The notes under the pieces are model-generated. The model was given only the letters and a program-made list of their open reading frames with translations, was not told the DNA's origin and did not search any database. DNA of 64,000 nucleotides from Eledone cirrhosa (Eukaryota): NCBI GenBank assembly GCA_964016885.1, contig OZ024747.1, positions 45,632,001-45,696,000 on the forward strand, given 5' to 3'. Positions 1-12,000 of this stretch are shown piece after piece. Both the position numbers and the translations under genes were made by a program. The first letter of the stretch is position 1; each line of letters opens with the position of its first letter.

Positions 1-359
1 ATAATAATAAATGTGAAGACTAAAATCCAATGAGGGCTCGATAAGGATAAATATATATCTAATCTATAAGAACCCTAGAGCAAATATTTATTAAAATAAC
101 AGATTAAAGTTCTTCTGAAACTAAAAAAAAAAACAATCTGTGAACGCAGAAGTAAATATTTCGAAAAACGTTGCAACTGAAGGAAAACAGGAAGACGATA
201 CATTGTTTCGTGAACGGAAAAAAGTGAAGATAATACGTCGTTATGTGGTCCGATGAGAACAAATACATGCAAAGACAAAACCACGTTTATGGTGTCAACG
301 AAGTCATAGACTAATATTCTATTTAGGAAACAGAATGATTCTTGGCTTCGGAGTTAAGA

Positions 360-692
360 ATAATTGTTTCTACTTTTTGGGACAAGGCCAGCAATTACTA
401 GTGTATTACTGGTTCTTTATTTTATCGACCCAGAAAGGATGAACGGTAAAGTTAATCTCGGCGCGATTTGAACTCAGAATGGCAAGGGCCATAACCCTAT
501 GTATCAAAACATGGTGCCCAACCCTCTACCGATACTGCCAATCCACCGCCCTTTGGAGTTAAGAATAATTGTTTCTACTTTTTGGGACAAGGCCAGATTT
601 TACCCAGTGTATTACTGGTACTTTATTTTATCGACCCCGTAAGGATCAAAGGCAAAGTTAACCTCGGCGGGATTTGAACTCACAATGGCCAG
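360..692 (-). mobile_element. Two tandem tRNA-derived SINEs (one full-length, one 5'-truncated)
   Basis: Same sequence as the many SINE copies in the window (B-box gagttcaaatc; core ctttcatcct..gggtcgataaaataaagtaccagt). ggagttaagaataat is repeated at ~350, ~555 and ~692. Confidence 0.9.
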
Positions 693-1598
693 GAGTTAAG
701 AATAATGTAAATAAATTAGTAGAACTTACGTCGTAATGTGGTAGCTAAGTATATTTTATGTTTATACTATTACTTATTTGAATATGTAAGTATACCTTAC
801 CCGTATGCTTTGTGGAGGTACGTATACTTTCTCGTACGTATATATGCTTGTATTTGTTTAGGTGTATGTATTATATATACTGGTATATGTGCATATGGTT
901 ATGTGTATATGTGTATTTTGAGTTTGTGTGTGTGTATGCATGTTTGTACGTATGTAAGGTGCGTATATGTGTACATTGAGTTTTGGTATACGTACGTTTG
1001 GTGTATTTACCTGTAGGTTTGCGTGTGTGTGCGTTATATACGTATTTATGTGTGTATATTTATATACCTTTATATAATTATATGTATACACACACACATA
1101 TTTTTTATGTGTATTTGGTGTACAGGTTCGTATGTGTGCAGGGACATGTGTCACGCGGATTTATGTACGTGTGCGCGTGTTTATGTGTACGTGCCTGTAT
1201 ATGCCTGCATGGTGGGTGTTTTCGCGTATGCACGTGTATGTATGTATATAGATGTGTGTATGTAAATTTTAGTTATTATTACTTTTATGATTTTAATAAC
1301 CTCTTTCATTTTCGTTCTACTAATTTATTTACATTATTCTTAACACCGAAGCCGAGCATCATTCCTAAATAGTTTCCTAAATAGAATATTGGTCTAATGA
1401 CTCTATTTATACCATAAACGTGGTTTTGCCTTTGTGTGTATTTGTTCTCATCGCCCCACATAACGACGTATTATCTTCGCTTTTTTCCGTTCATTGCCAG
1501 GGAACGTCTTCACGAACCAAATTATCGTCTTCCTCTTTTCCTTCGGTTGCAACGTTTTTCGAAATATTTACTTCTGCGTTCACAGATTGATTTTCTTT

Positions 1599-1649
1599 AG
1601 TTTCAGAAGATCCCGTTAAGGGTGAAAGCAGCAATTATTTGCTTAAACT
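1599..1649 (+). ncRNA. Variant type I hammerhead-like motif (CAGAAGA core)
   Basis: agttt-CAGAAGA-tccc gttaa gggt-GAAA-gc..gc-TT-aaact: stems I, II and III all pair. U4 is replaced by A. Confidence 0.55.
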
Positions 1650-2256
1650 TTAACCTGTTATTTTAATATATATATATATTAAAACAACAGGTTAAACTAA
1701 GAATATCAGTTGCTTTAATTTGAACGTAAATACATCCAGATCAAATCAAAGACAACGACAAAGTCAAGCACACCTAAACCATGCTCTTACATTCAACCTT
1801 ATTCCATAAACTTACGCCGCTCAAAGAGGAGTTAAATCACACACGTCCTTTAAAATTATTTTCCAGCTCTTCCTGCAAAACAACTAGTGACCTGAGCTAA
1901 TTACTGGCCTAAGGATGGTGGACATCATCAGATTGCTGTTCTCGTGTTACATAGATTCTATATAACACACACATTGATATGTATGGATGTATATGCATAA
2001 ATATTCTACACTTAATTAGCATGAAATTATTTTTCATAACTACCAATAGTTTTTTTTTTAAATCTAAGTATATCTGAAAATAATATTATCTAATTCATAT
2101 ACCACACTCAAAACTTTAAACAACAAAACATTTATAGCATAATTGGTGGCTTGAACATTTTGTAAACGTGTTAAGGCTTTCAGCGTTGGTGACATAAAGG
2201 TTTCTTTAGTTCATTCACAAGACCTTTATTTTTATATGATAGTGGTATAGTTGTGA

Positions 2257-2435
2257 GGGTGGATCGGTAGAGGGTCGGACAACATGCTTTGTAGCACAGA
2301 GTTACCCCCCTTTCTGATCTGAGTTCAAATCCTGCCGAGGTTAACTTTGCCTTTCATCCTTACGGGGTCGATAAAATAAAGTACCAGTAGTGCACTGGTT
2401 AATTGCTGGCCTTGGGCCAAAAGTAGATACAATTA
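2257..2435 (+). mobile_element. tRNA-derived SINE
   Basis: gagttcaaatcctgccgaggttaactttgcctttcatccttacggggtcgataaaataaagtaccagt...ctggcctt..aaagtaga. A further fragment lies at ~2588-2650. Confidence 0.9.
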
Positions 2436-2699
2436 TTTCATAATAGTCACTTCTGCATTTTATTCTGAAAGGAAGGAATTTAAATCTAATGAAATTTACA
2501 ATTAGAATGTAAATAGATAAAATTAAACTAATCTTGTCAGTCATGTTGGAAGATGTTGATCGTATTCGTTTTGGTTCTCTACTCTCCTGAGTTCAAATCC
2601 CACCGAGGTTAATTTTGCATTTCATCATGAGGTCGACGGAAAAAGTACTATCTTTATGATCTTCATTTCCATCTATCATCATCATAAAATATGATCAAT

Positions 2700-2779
2700 T
2701 CCATCATTATCATCATCATCATCATCATCATCACCATTGTCATTATCATCATCATCATCATCATCAACATCACCATCAC

Positions 2780-2820
<41 letters not shown>

Positions 2821-2848
2821 CCATTGTCATTATCATTATCATCATTAA

Positions 2849-2883
<35 letters not shown>

Positions 2884-2925
2884 CTATCATCATCATTATC
2901 ATCATCGCAATCATCATCGCCATCA
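2700..2925. repeat. (ATC)n microsatellite
   Basis: Direct reading. Confidence 0.95.
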
Positions 2926-3098
2926 TATTCAACGGCAGTTGTAACCGATATATAATCCTTGTCATTCTACCAATGTTACCATCGCCGCCATCTTCGTGCT
3001 TATCATCATGAGTATCATCAATATAGTAACCAGTGCCATGATTAGTATCATTTACATCGTAACCAGTATCAACATCAGAATCATCACATCGTAACCAC

Positions 3099-6000
3099 TT
3101 CCCCAATAATATTGTCTACACCGTAGCCAGCTTTATCAATAGTATTGTCTACACCGTAGCCAGCTTCCCCAATAGTATTGTCTACACCGTAGCCAGCTTC
3201 CCCAATAGTATTGTCTACACCGTAGCCAGCTTCATCAATAGTATTGTCTACACCGTAGCCAGCTTTATCAATAGTATTGTCTACACCGTAGCCAGCTTCA
3301 TCAATAGTATTGTCTACACCGTAGCCAGCTTCATCAATAGTATTGTCTACACCGTAGCCAGCTTCCCCAATAGTATTGTCTACACCGTAGCCAGCTTTAT
3401 CAATAGTATTGTCTACACCGTAGCCAGCTTCCCCAATAGTATTGTCTACACCGTAGCCAGCTTTATCAATAGTATTGTCTACACCGTAGCCAGCTTTATC
3501 AATAGTATTGTCTACACCGTAGCCAGCTTCGTCAATAGTATTGTCTACACCGTAGCCAGCTTCCCCAATAGTATTGTCTACACCGTAGCCAGCTTTATCA
3601 ATAGTATTGTCTACACCGTAGCCAGCTTTATCAATAGTATTGTCTACACCGTAGCCAGCTTCATCAATAGTATTGTCTACACCGTAGCCAGCTTCCCCAA
3701 TAGTATTGTCTACACCGTAGCCAGCTTTATCAATAGTATTGTCTACACCGTAGCCAGCTTCATCAATAGTATTGTCTACACCGTAGCCAGCTTCCCCAAT
3801 AGTATTGTCTACACCGTAGCCAGCTTCCCCAATAGTATTGTCTACACCGTAGCCAGCTTCATCAATAGTATTGTCTACACCGTAGCCAGCTTCATCAATA
3901 GTATTGTCTACACCGTAGCCAGCTTCCCCAATAGTATTGTCTACACCGTAGCCAGCTTTATCAATAGTATTGTCTACACCGTAGCCAGCTTCCCCAATAG
4001 TATTGTCTACACCGTAGCCAGCTTTATCAATAGTATTGTCTACACCGTAGCCAGCTTTATCAATAGTATTGTCTACACCGTAGCCAGCTTCGTCAATAGT
4101 ATTGTCTACACCGTAGCCAGCTTCCCCAATAGTATTGTCTACACCGTAGCCAGCTTTATCAATAGTATTGTCTACACCGTAGCCAGCTTTATCAATAGTA
4201 TTGTCTACACCGTAGCCAGCTTCATCAATAGTATTGTCTACACCGTAGCCAGCTTCCCTAATAGTATTGTCTACACCGTAGCCAGCTTTATCAATAGTAT
4301 TGTCTACACCGTAGCCAGCTTCATCAATAGTATTGTCTACACATTAGCCAGCTTCCCCAATAGTATTGTCTACACCGTAGCCAGCTTCCCCAATAGTATT
4401 GTCTACACCGTAGCCAGCTTTATCAATAGTATTGTCTACACCGTAGCCAGCTTCATCAATAGTATTGTCTACACCGTAGCCAGCTTTATCAATAGTATTG
4501 TCTACACCGTAGCCAGCTTCCCCAATAGTATTGTCTACACCGTAGCCAGCTTCCCCAATAGTATTGTCTACACCGTAGCCAGCTTTATCAATAGTATTGT
4601 CTACACCGTAGCCAGCTTCATCAATAGTATTGTCTACACCGTAGCCAGCTTCCCCAATAGTATTGTCTACACCGTAGCCAGCTTCATCAATAGTATTGTC
4701 TACACCGTAGCCAGCTTCCCCAATAGTATTGTCTACACCGTAGCCAGCTTCATCAATAGTATTGTCTACACCGTAGCCAGCTTCCCCAATAGTATTGTCT
4801 ACACCGTAGCCAGCTTTATCAATAGTATTGTCTACACCGTAGCCAGCTTTATCAATAGTATTGTCTACACCGTAGCCAGCTTTATCAATAGTATTGTCTA
4901 CACCGTAGCCAGCTTTATCAATAGTATTGTCTACACCGTAGCCAGCTTTATCAATAGTATTGTCTACACCGTAGCCAGCTTCCCCAATAGTATTGTCTAC
5001 ACCGTAGCCATCTTCCCCAATAGTATTGTCTACACCGTAGCCAGCTTCCCCAATAGTATTGTCTACACCGTAGCCAGCTTTATCAATAGTATTGTCTACA
5101 CCGTAGCCAGCTTTATCAATAGTGTTGTCTACACCGTAGCCAGCTTCATCAATAATATTGTCTACACCGTAGCCAGCTTTATCAATAGTATTGTCTACAC
5201 CGTAGCCAGCTTCATCAATAGTATTGTCTACACCGTAGCCAGCTTTATCAATAGTATTGTCTACACCGTAGCCAGCTTCATCAATATAGTATTGTCTACA
5301 CTGTAGCCTGCTTTATCAATAGTATTGTCTACACCGTAGCCAGCTTCATCAATAGTGTTGTCTACACCGTAGCCTGCTTTATCAATAGTATTGTCTACAC
5401 CGTAGCCAGCTTTATCAATAGTATTGTCTACACCGTAGCCAGCTTCATCAATAGTATTGTCTACACCGTAGCCTGCTTTATCAATAGTATTGTCTACACC
5501 GTAGCCAGCTTCATCAATAGTGTTGTCTACACCGTAGCCAGCTTCATCAATAGTGTTGTCTACACCGTAGCCTGCTTTATCAATAGTATTGTCTACACCG
5601 TAGCCAGCTTCATCAATAGTATTGTCTACACCGTAGCCAGCTTCCCCAATAGTATTGTCTACGCCGTAGCCAGCTTCATCAATAGTATTGTCTACACCGT
5701 AGCCAGCTTCCCCAATAGTATTGTCTACACCGTAGCCAGCTTCATCAATAGTATTGTCTACACCGTAGCCAGCTTCCCCAATAGTATTGTCTACACCGTA
5801 GCCAGCTTCCCCAATAGTATTGTCTACACCGTAGCCAGCTTCCCCAATAGTATTGTCTACACCGTAGCCAGCTTCATCAATAGTATTGTCTACACCGTAG
5901 CCAGCTTTATCTATAGTATTGTCTACACCGTAGCCAGCTTCGTCAATAGTATTGTCTACACCGTAGCCAGCTTCCCCAATAGTATTGTCTACACCGTAGC

Positions 6001-9000
6001 CAGCTTTATCAATAGTATTGTCTACACCGTAGCCAGCTTTATCAATAGTATTGTCTACACCGTAGCCAGCTTCATCAATAGTATTGTCTACACCGTAGCC
6101 AGCTTCCCCAATAGTATTGTCTACACCGTAGCCAGCTTTATCAATAGTATTGTCTACACCGTAGCCAGCTTCATCAATAGTATTGTCTACACCGTAGCCA
6201 GCTTCCCCAATAGTATTGTCTACACCGTAGCCAGCTTCCCCAATAGTATTGTCTACACCGTAGCCAGCTTCATCAATAGTATTGTCTACACCGTAGCCAG
6301 CTTCATCAATAGTATTGTCTACACCGTAGCCAGCTTCCCCAATAGTATTGTCTACACCGTAGCCAGCTTCATCAATAGTATTGTCTACACCGTAGCCAGC
6401 TTCCCCAATAGTATTGTCTACACCGTAGCCAGCTTTATCAATAGTATTGTCTACACCGTAGCCAGCTTTATCAATAGTATTGTCTACACCGTAGCCAGCT
6501 TTATCAATAGTATTGTCTACACCGTAGCCAGCTTTATCAATAGTATTGTCTACACCGTAGCCAGCTTCCCCAATAGTATTGTCTACACCGTAGCCATCTT
6601 CCCCAATAGTATTGTCTACACCGTAGCCAGCTTCCCCAATAGTATTGTCTACACCGTAGCCAGCTTTATCAATAGTATTGTCTACACCGTAGCCAGCTTT
6701 ATCAATAGTGTTGTCTACACCGTAGCCAGCTTCATCAATAATATTGTCTACACCGTAGCCAGCTTTATCAATAGTATTGTCTACACCGTAGCCAGCTTCA
6801 TCAATAGTATTGTCTACACCGTAGCCAGCTTTATCAATAGTATTGTCTACACCGTAGCCAGCTTCATCAATAGTATTGTCTACACTGTAGCCTGCTTTAC
6901 CAATAGTATTGTCTATACCGTAGCCAGCTTCATCAATAGTATTGTCTACACCGTAGCCAGCTTCATCAATAGTATTGTCTACACCGTAGCCAGCTTCATC
7001 AATAGTATTGTCTACACCGTAGCCAGCTTTATCAATAGTATTGTCTACACCGTAGCCAGCTTCATCAATATAGTATTGTCTACACTGTAGCCTGCTTTAT
7101 CAATAGTATTGTCTACACCGTAGCCAGCTTCATCAATAGTGTTGTCTACACCGTAGCCTGCTTTATCAATAGTATTGTCTACACCGTAGCCAGCTTTATC
7201 AATAGTATTGTCTACACCGTAGCCAGCTTCATCAATAGTATTGTCTACACCGTAGCCTGCTTTATCAATAGTATTGTCTACACCGTAGCCAGCTTCATCA
7301 ATAGTGTTGTCTACACCGTAGCCAGCTTCATCAATAGTGTTGTCTACACCGTAGCCTGCTTTATCAATAGTATTGTCTACACCGTAGCCAGCTTCATCAA
7401 TAGTATTGTCTACACCGTAGCCAGCTTCCCCAATAGTATTGTCTACGCCGTAGCCAGCTTCATCAATAGTATTGTCTACACCGTAGCCAGCTTCCCCAAT
7501 AGTATTGTCTACACCGTAGCCAGCTTCATCAATAGTATTGTCTACACCGTAGCCAGCTTCCCCAATAGTATTGTCTACACCGTAGCCAGCTTCCCCAATA
7601 GTATTGTCTACACCGTAGCCAGCTTCCCCAATAGTATTGTCTACACCGTAGCCAGCTTCATCAATAGTATTGTCTACACCGTAGCCAGCTTTATCTATAG
7701 TATTGTCTACACCGTAGCCAGCTTCGTCAATAGTATTGTCTACACCGTAGCCAGCTTCCCCAATAGTATTGTCTACACCGTAGCCAGCTTTATCAATAGT
7801 ATTGTCTACACCGTAGCCAGCTTTATCAATAGTATTGTCTACACCGTAGCCAGCTTCATCAATAGTATTGTCTACACCGTAGCCAGCTTCCCCAATAGTA
7901 TTGTCTACACCGTAGCCAGCTTTATCAATAGTATTGTCTACACCGTAGCCAGCTTCATCAATAGTATTGTCTACACCGTAGCCAGCTTCCCCAATAGTGT
8001 TGTCTACACCGTAGCCAGCTTCCCCAATAGTATTGTCTACACCGTAGCCAGCTTCATCAATAGTATTGTCTACACCGTAGCCAGCTTCATCAATAGTATT
8101 GTCTACACCGTAGCCAGCTTCCCCAATAGTATTGTCTACACCGTAGCCAGCTTTATCAATAGTATTGTCTACACCGTAGCCAGCTTCCCCAATAGTATTG
8201 TCTACACCGTAGCCAGCTTTATCAATAGTATTGTCTACACCGTAGCCAGCTTTATCAATAGTATTGTCTACACCGTAGCCAGCTTCGTCAATAGTATTGT
8301 CTACACCGTAGCCAGCTTCCCCAATAGTATTGTCTACACCGTAGCCAGCTTTATCAATAGTATTGTCTACACCGTAGCCAGCTTTATCAATAGTATTGTC
8401 TACACCGTAGCCAGCTTCCCCAATAGTATTGTCTACACCGTAGCCAGCTTCCCCAATAGTATTGTCTACACCGTAGCCAGCTTCATCAATAGTATTGTCT
8501 ACACCGTAGCCAGCTTCCCCAATAGTATTGTCTACACCGTAGCCAGCTTCCCCAATAGTATTGTCTACACCGTAGCCAGCTTTATCAATAGTATTGTCTA
8601 CACCGTAGCCAGCTTCATCAATAGTATTGTCTACACCGTAGCCAGCTTTATCAATAGTATTGTCTACACCGTAGCCAGCTTCCCCAATAGTATTGTCTAC
8701 ACCGTAGCCAGCTTCCCCAATAGTATTGTCTACACCGTAGCCAGCTTTATCAATAGTATTGTCTACACCGTAGCCAGCTTTATCAATAGTATTGTCTACA
8801 CCGTAGCCAGCTTCCCCAATAGTATTGTCTACACCGTAGCCAGCTTTATCAATAGTATTGTCTACACCGTAGCCAGCTTCATCAATAGTATTGTCTACAC
8901 CGTAGCCAGCTTCCCCAATAGTATTGTCTACACCGTAGCCAGCTTCATCAATAGTATTGTCTACACCGTAGCCAGCTTCCCCAATAGTACTGTCTACACC

Positions 9001-12000
9001 GTAGCCAGCTTCATCAATAGTATTGTCTACACCGTAGCCAGCTTCCCCAATAGTATTGTCTACACCGTAGCCAGCTTTATCAATAGTATTGTCTACACCG
9101 TAGCCAGCTTTATCAATAGTATTGTCTACACCGTAGCCAGCTTTATCAATAGTATTGTCTACACCGTAGCCAGCTTCCCCAATAGTATTGTCTACACCGT
9201 AGCCATCTTCCCCAATAGTATTGTCTACACCGTAGCCAGCTTCCCCAATAGTATTGTCTACACCGTAGCCAGCTTTATCAATAGTATTGTCTACACCGTA
9301 GCCAGCTTCCCCAATAGTATTGTCTACACCGTAGCCATCTTCCCCAATAGTATTGTCTACACCGTAGCCATCTTCCCCAATAGTATTGTCTACACCATAG
9401 CCAGCTTCCCCAATAGTATTGTCTACACCGTAGCCAGCTTTATCAATAGTGTTGTCTACACCGTAGCCAGCTTCATCAATAATATTGTCTACACCGTAGC
9501 CAGCTTTATCAATAGTATTGTCTACACCGTAGCCAGCTTCATCAATAGTATTGTCTACACCGTAGCCAGCTTTATCAATAGTATTGTCTACACCGTAGCC
9601 AGCTTCATCAATAGTATTGTCTACACTGTAGCCTGCTTTACCAATAGTATTGTCTACACCGTAGCCAGCTTCATCAATAGTATTGTCTACACCGTAGCCA
9701 CCTTCATCAATAGTATTGTCTACACCGTAGCCAGCTTCATCAATAGTATTGTCTACACCGTAGCCAGCTTTATCAATAGTATTGTCTACACCGTAGCCAG
9801 CTTCATCAATAGTATTGTCTACACTGTAGCCTGCTTTATCAATAGTATTGTCTACACCGTAGCCAGCTTCATCAATAGTGTTGTCTACACCGTAGCCTGC
9901 TTTATCAATAGTATTGTCTACACCGTAGCCAGCTTTATCAATAGTATTGTCTACACCGTAGCCAGCTTCATCAATAGTATTGTCTACACCGTAGCCTGCT
10001 TTATCAATAGTATTGTCTACACCGTAGCCAGCTTCATCAATAGTGTTGTCTACACCGTAGCCAGCTTCATCAATAGTGTTGTCTACACCGTAGCCTGCTT
10101 TATCAATAGTATTGTCTACACCGTAGCCAGCTTCATCAATAGTATTGTCTACACCGTAGCCAGCTTCCCCAATAGTATTGTCTACACCGTAGCCAGCTTC
10201 ATCAATAGTATTGTCTACACCGTAGCCAGCTTCCCCAATAGTATTGTCTACACCGTAGCCAGCTTCATCAATAGTATTGTCTACACCGTAGCCAGCTTCC
10301 CCAATAGTATTGTCTACACCGTAGCCAGCTTTATCAATAGTATTGTCTACACCGTAGCCAGCTTCATCAATAGTATTGTCTACACCGTAGCCAGCTTCCC
10401 CAATAGTATTGTCTACACCGTAGCCAGCTTCCCCAATAGTATTGTCTACACCGTAGCCAGCTTCATCAATAGTATTGTCTACACCGTAGCCAGCTTCATC
10501 AATAGTATTGTCTACACCGTAGCCAGCTTCCCCAATAGTATTGTCTACACCGTAGCCAGCTTTATCAATAGTATTGTCTACACCGTAGCCAGCTTTATCA
10601 ATAGTATTGTCTACACCGTAGCCAGCTTCGTCAATAGTATTGTCTACACCGTAGCCAGCTTCCCCAATAGTATTGTCTACACCGTAGCCAGCTTTATCAA
10701 TAGTATTGTCTACACCGTAGCCAGCTTTATCAATAGTATTGTCTACACCGTAGCCAGCTTCATCAATAGTATTGTCTACACCGTAGCCAGCTTCCCCAAT
10801 AGTATTGTCTACACCGTAGCCAGCTTTATCAATAGTATTGTCTACACCGTAGCCAGCTTCATCAATAGTATTGTCTACACCGTAGCCAGCTTCCCCACTA
10901 GTATTGTCTACACCGTAGCCAGCTTCCCCAATAGTATTGTCTACACCGTAGCCAGCTTTATCAATAGTATTGTCTACACCGTAGCCAGCTTCATCAATAG
11001 TATTGTCTACACCGTAGCCAGCTTTATCAATAGTATTGTCTACACCGTAGCCAGCTTCCCCAATAGTATTGTCTACACCGTAGCCAGCTTCCCCAATAGT
11101 ATTGTCTACACCGTAGCCAGCTTTATCAATAGTATTGTCTACACCGTAGCCAGCTTTATCAATAGTATTGTCTACACCGTAGCCAGCTTCCCCAATAGTA
11201 TTGTCTACACCGTAGCCAGCTTTATCAATAGTATTGTCTACACCGTAGCCAGCTTCATCAATAGTATTGTCTACACCGTAGCCAGCTTCCCCAATAGTAT
11301 TGTCTACACCGTAGCCAGCTTCATCAATAGTATTGTCTACACCGTAGCCAGCTTCCCCAATAGTATTGTCTACACCGTAGCCAGCTTCATCAATAGTATT
11401 GTCTACACCGTAGCCAGCTTCCCCAATAGTATTGTCTACACCGTAGCCAGCTTTATCAATAGTATTGTCTACACCGTAGCCAGCTTTATCAATAGTATTG
11501 TCTACACCGTAGCCAGCTTTATCAATAGTATTGTCTACACCGTAGCCAGCTTCCCCAATAGTATTGTCTACACCGTAGCCATCTTCCCCAATAGTATTGT
11601 CTACACCGTAGCCAGCTTCCCCAATAGTATTGTCTACACCGTAGCCAGCTTTATCAATAGTATTGTCTACACCGTAGCCAGCTTTATCAATAGTGTTGTC
11701 TACACCGTAGCCAGCTTCATCAATAATATTGTCTACACCGTAGCCAGCTTTATCAATAGTATTGTCTACACCGTAGCCAGCTTCATCAATAGTATTGTCT
11801 ACACCGTAGCCAGCTTTATCAATAGTATTGTCTACACCGTAGCCAGCTTCATCAATAGTATTGTCTACACTGTAGCCTGCTTTACCAATAGTATTGTCTA
11901 CACCGTAGCCAGCTTCATCAATAGTATTGTCTACACCGTAGCCAGATTCATCAATAGTATTGTCTACACCGTAGCCAGCTTCATCAATAGTATTGTCTAC

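Larger units (their letters stand above)
1..1668. mobile_element. Inverted-arm PLE-like non-autonomous element (family B); left arm interrupted by two SINEs
   Basis: About 87-725 (minus SINEs) is the reverse complement of 1314-1668 (e.g. aatctgtgaacgcagaagtaaatatttcgaaaaacgttgcaac vs gttgcaacgtttttcgaaatatttacttctgcgttcacagatt). The right arm holds a hammerhead-like fold and ends at (TA)n. The left arm has an extra tail (1-86) matching 46925-46988. Confidence 0.75.

Noticed and set aside
1880-1940. CTGATGA on the minus strand as a hammerhead (also CTGACGA near 21810 minus and CTGAAGA near 48330)
   Set aside because: No properly placed GAAA, stem III and stem I partner.
2663-3106. Poly-Met/Ile/Ser/His ORFs here and at 20367-21220
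   Set aside because: Translations of (ATC)n/(ATG)n microsatellites.
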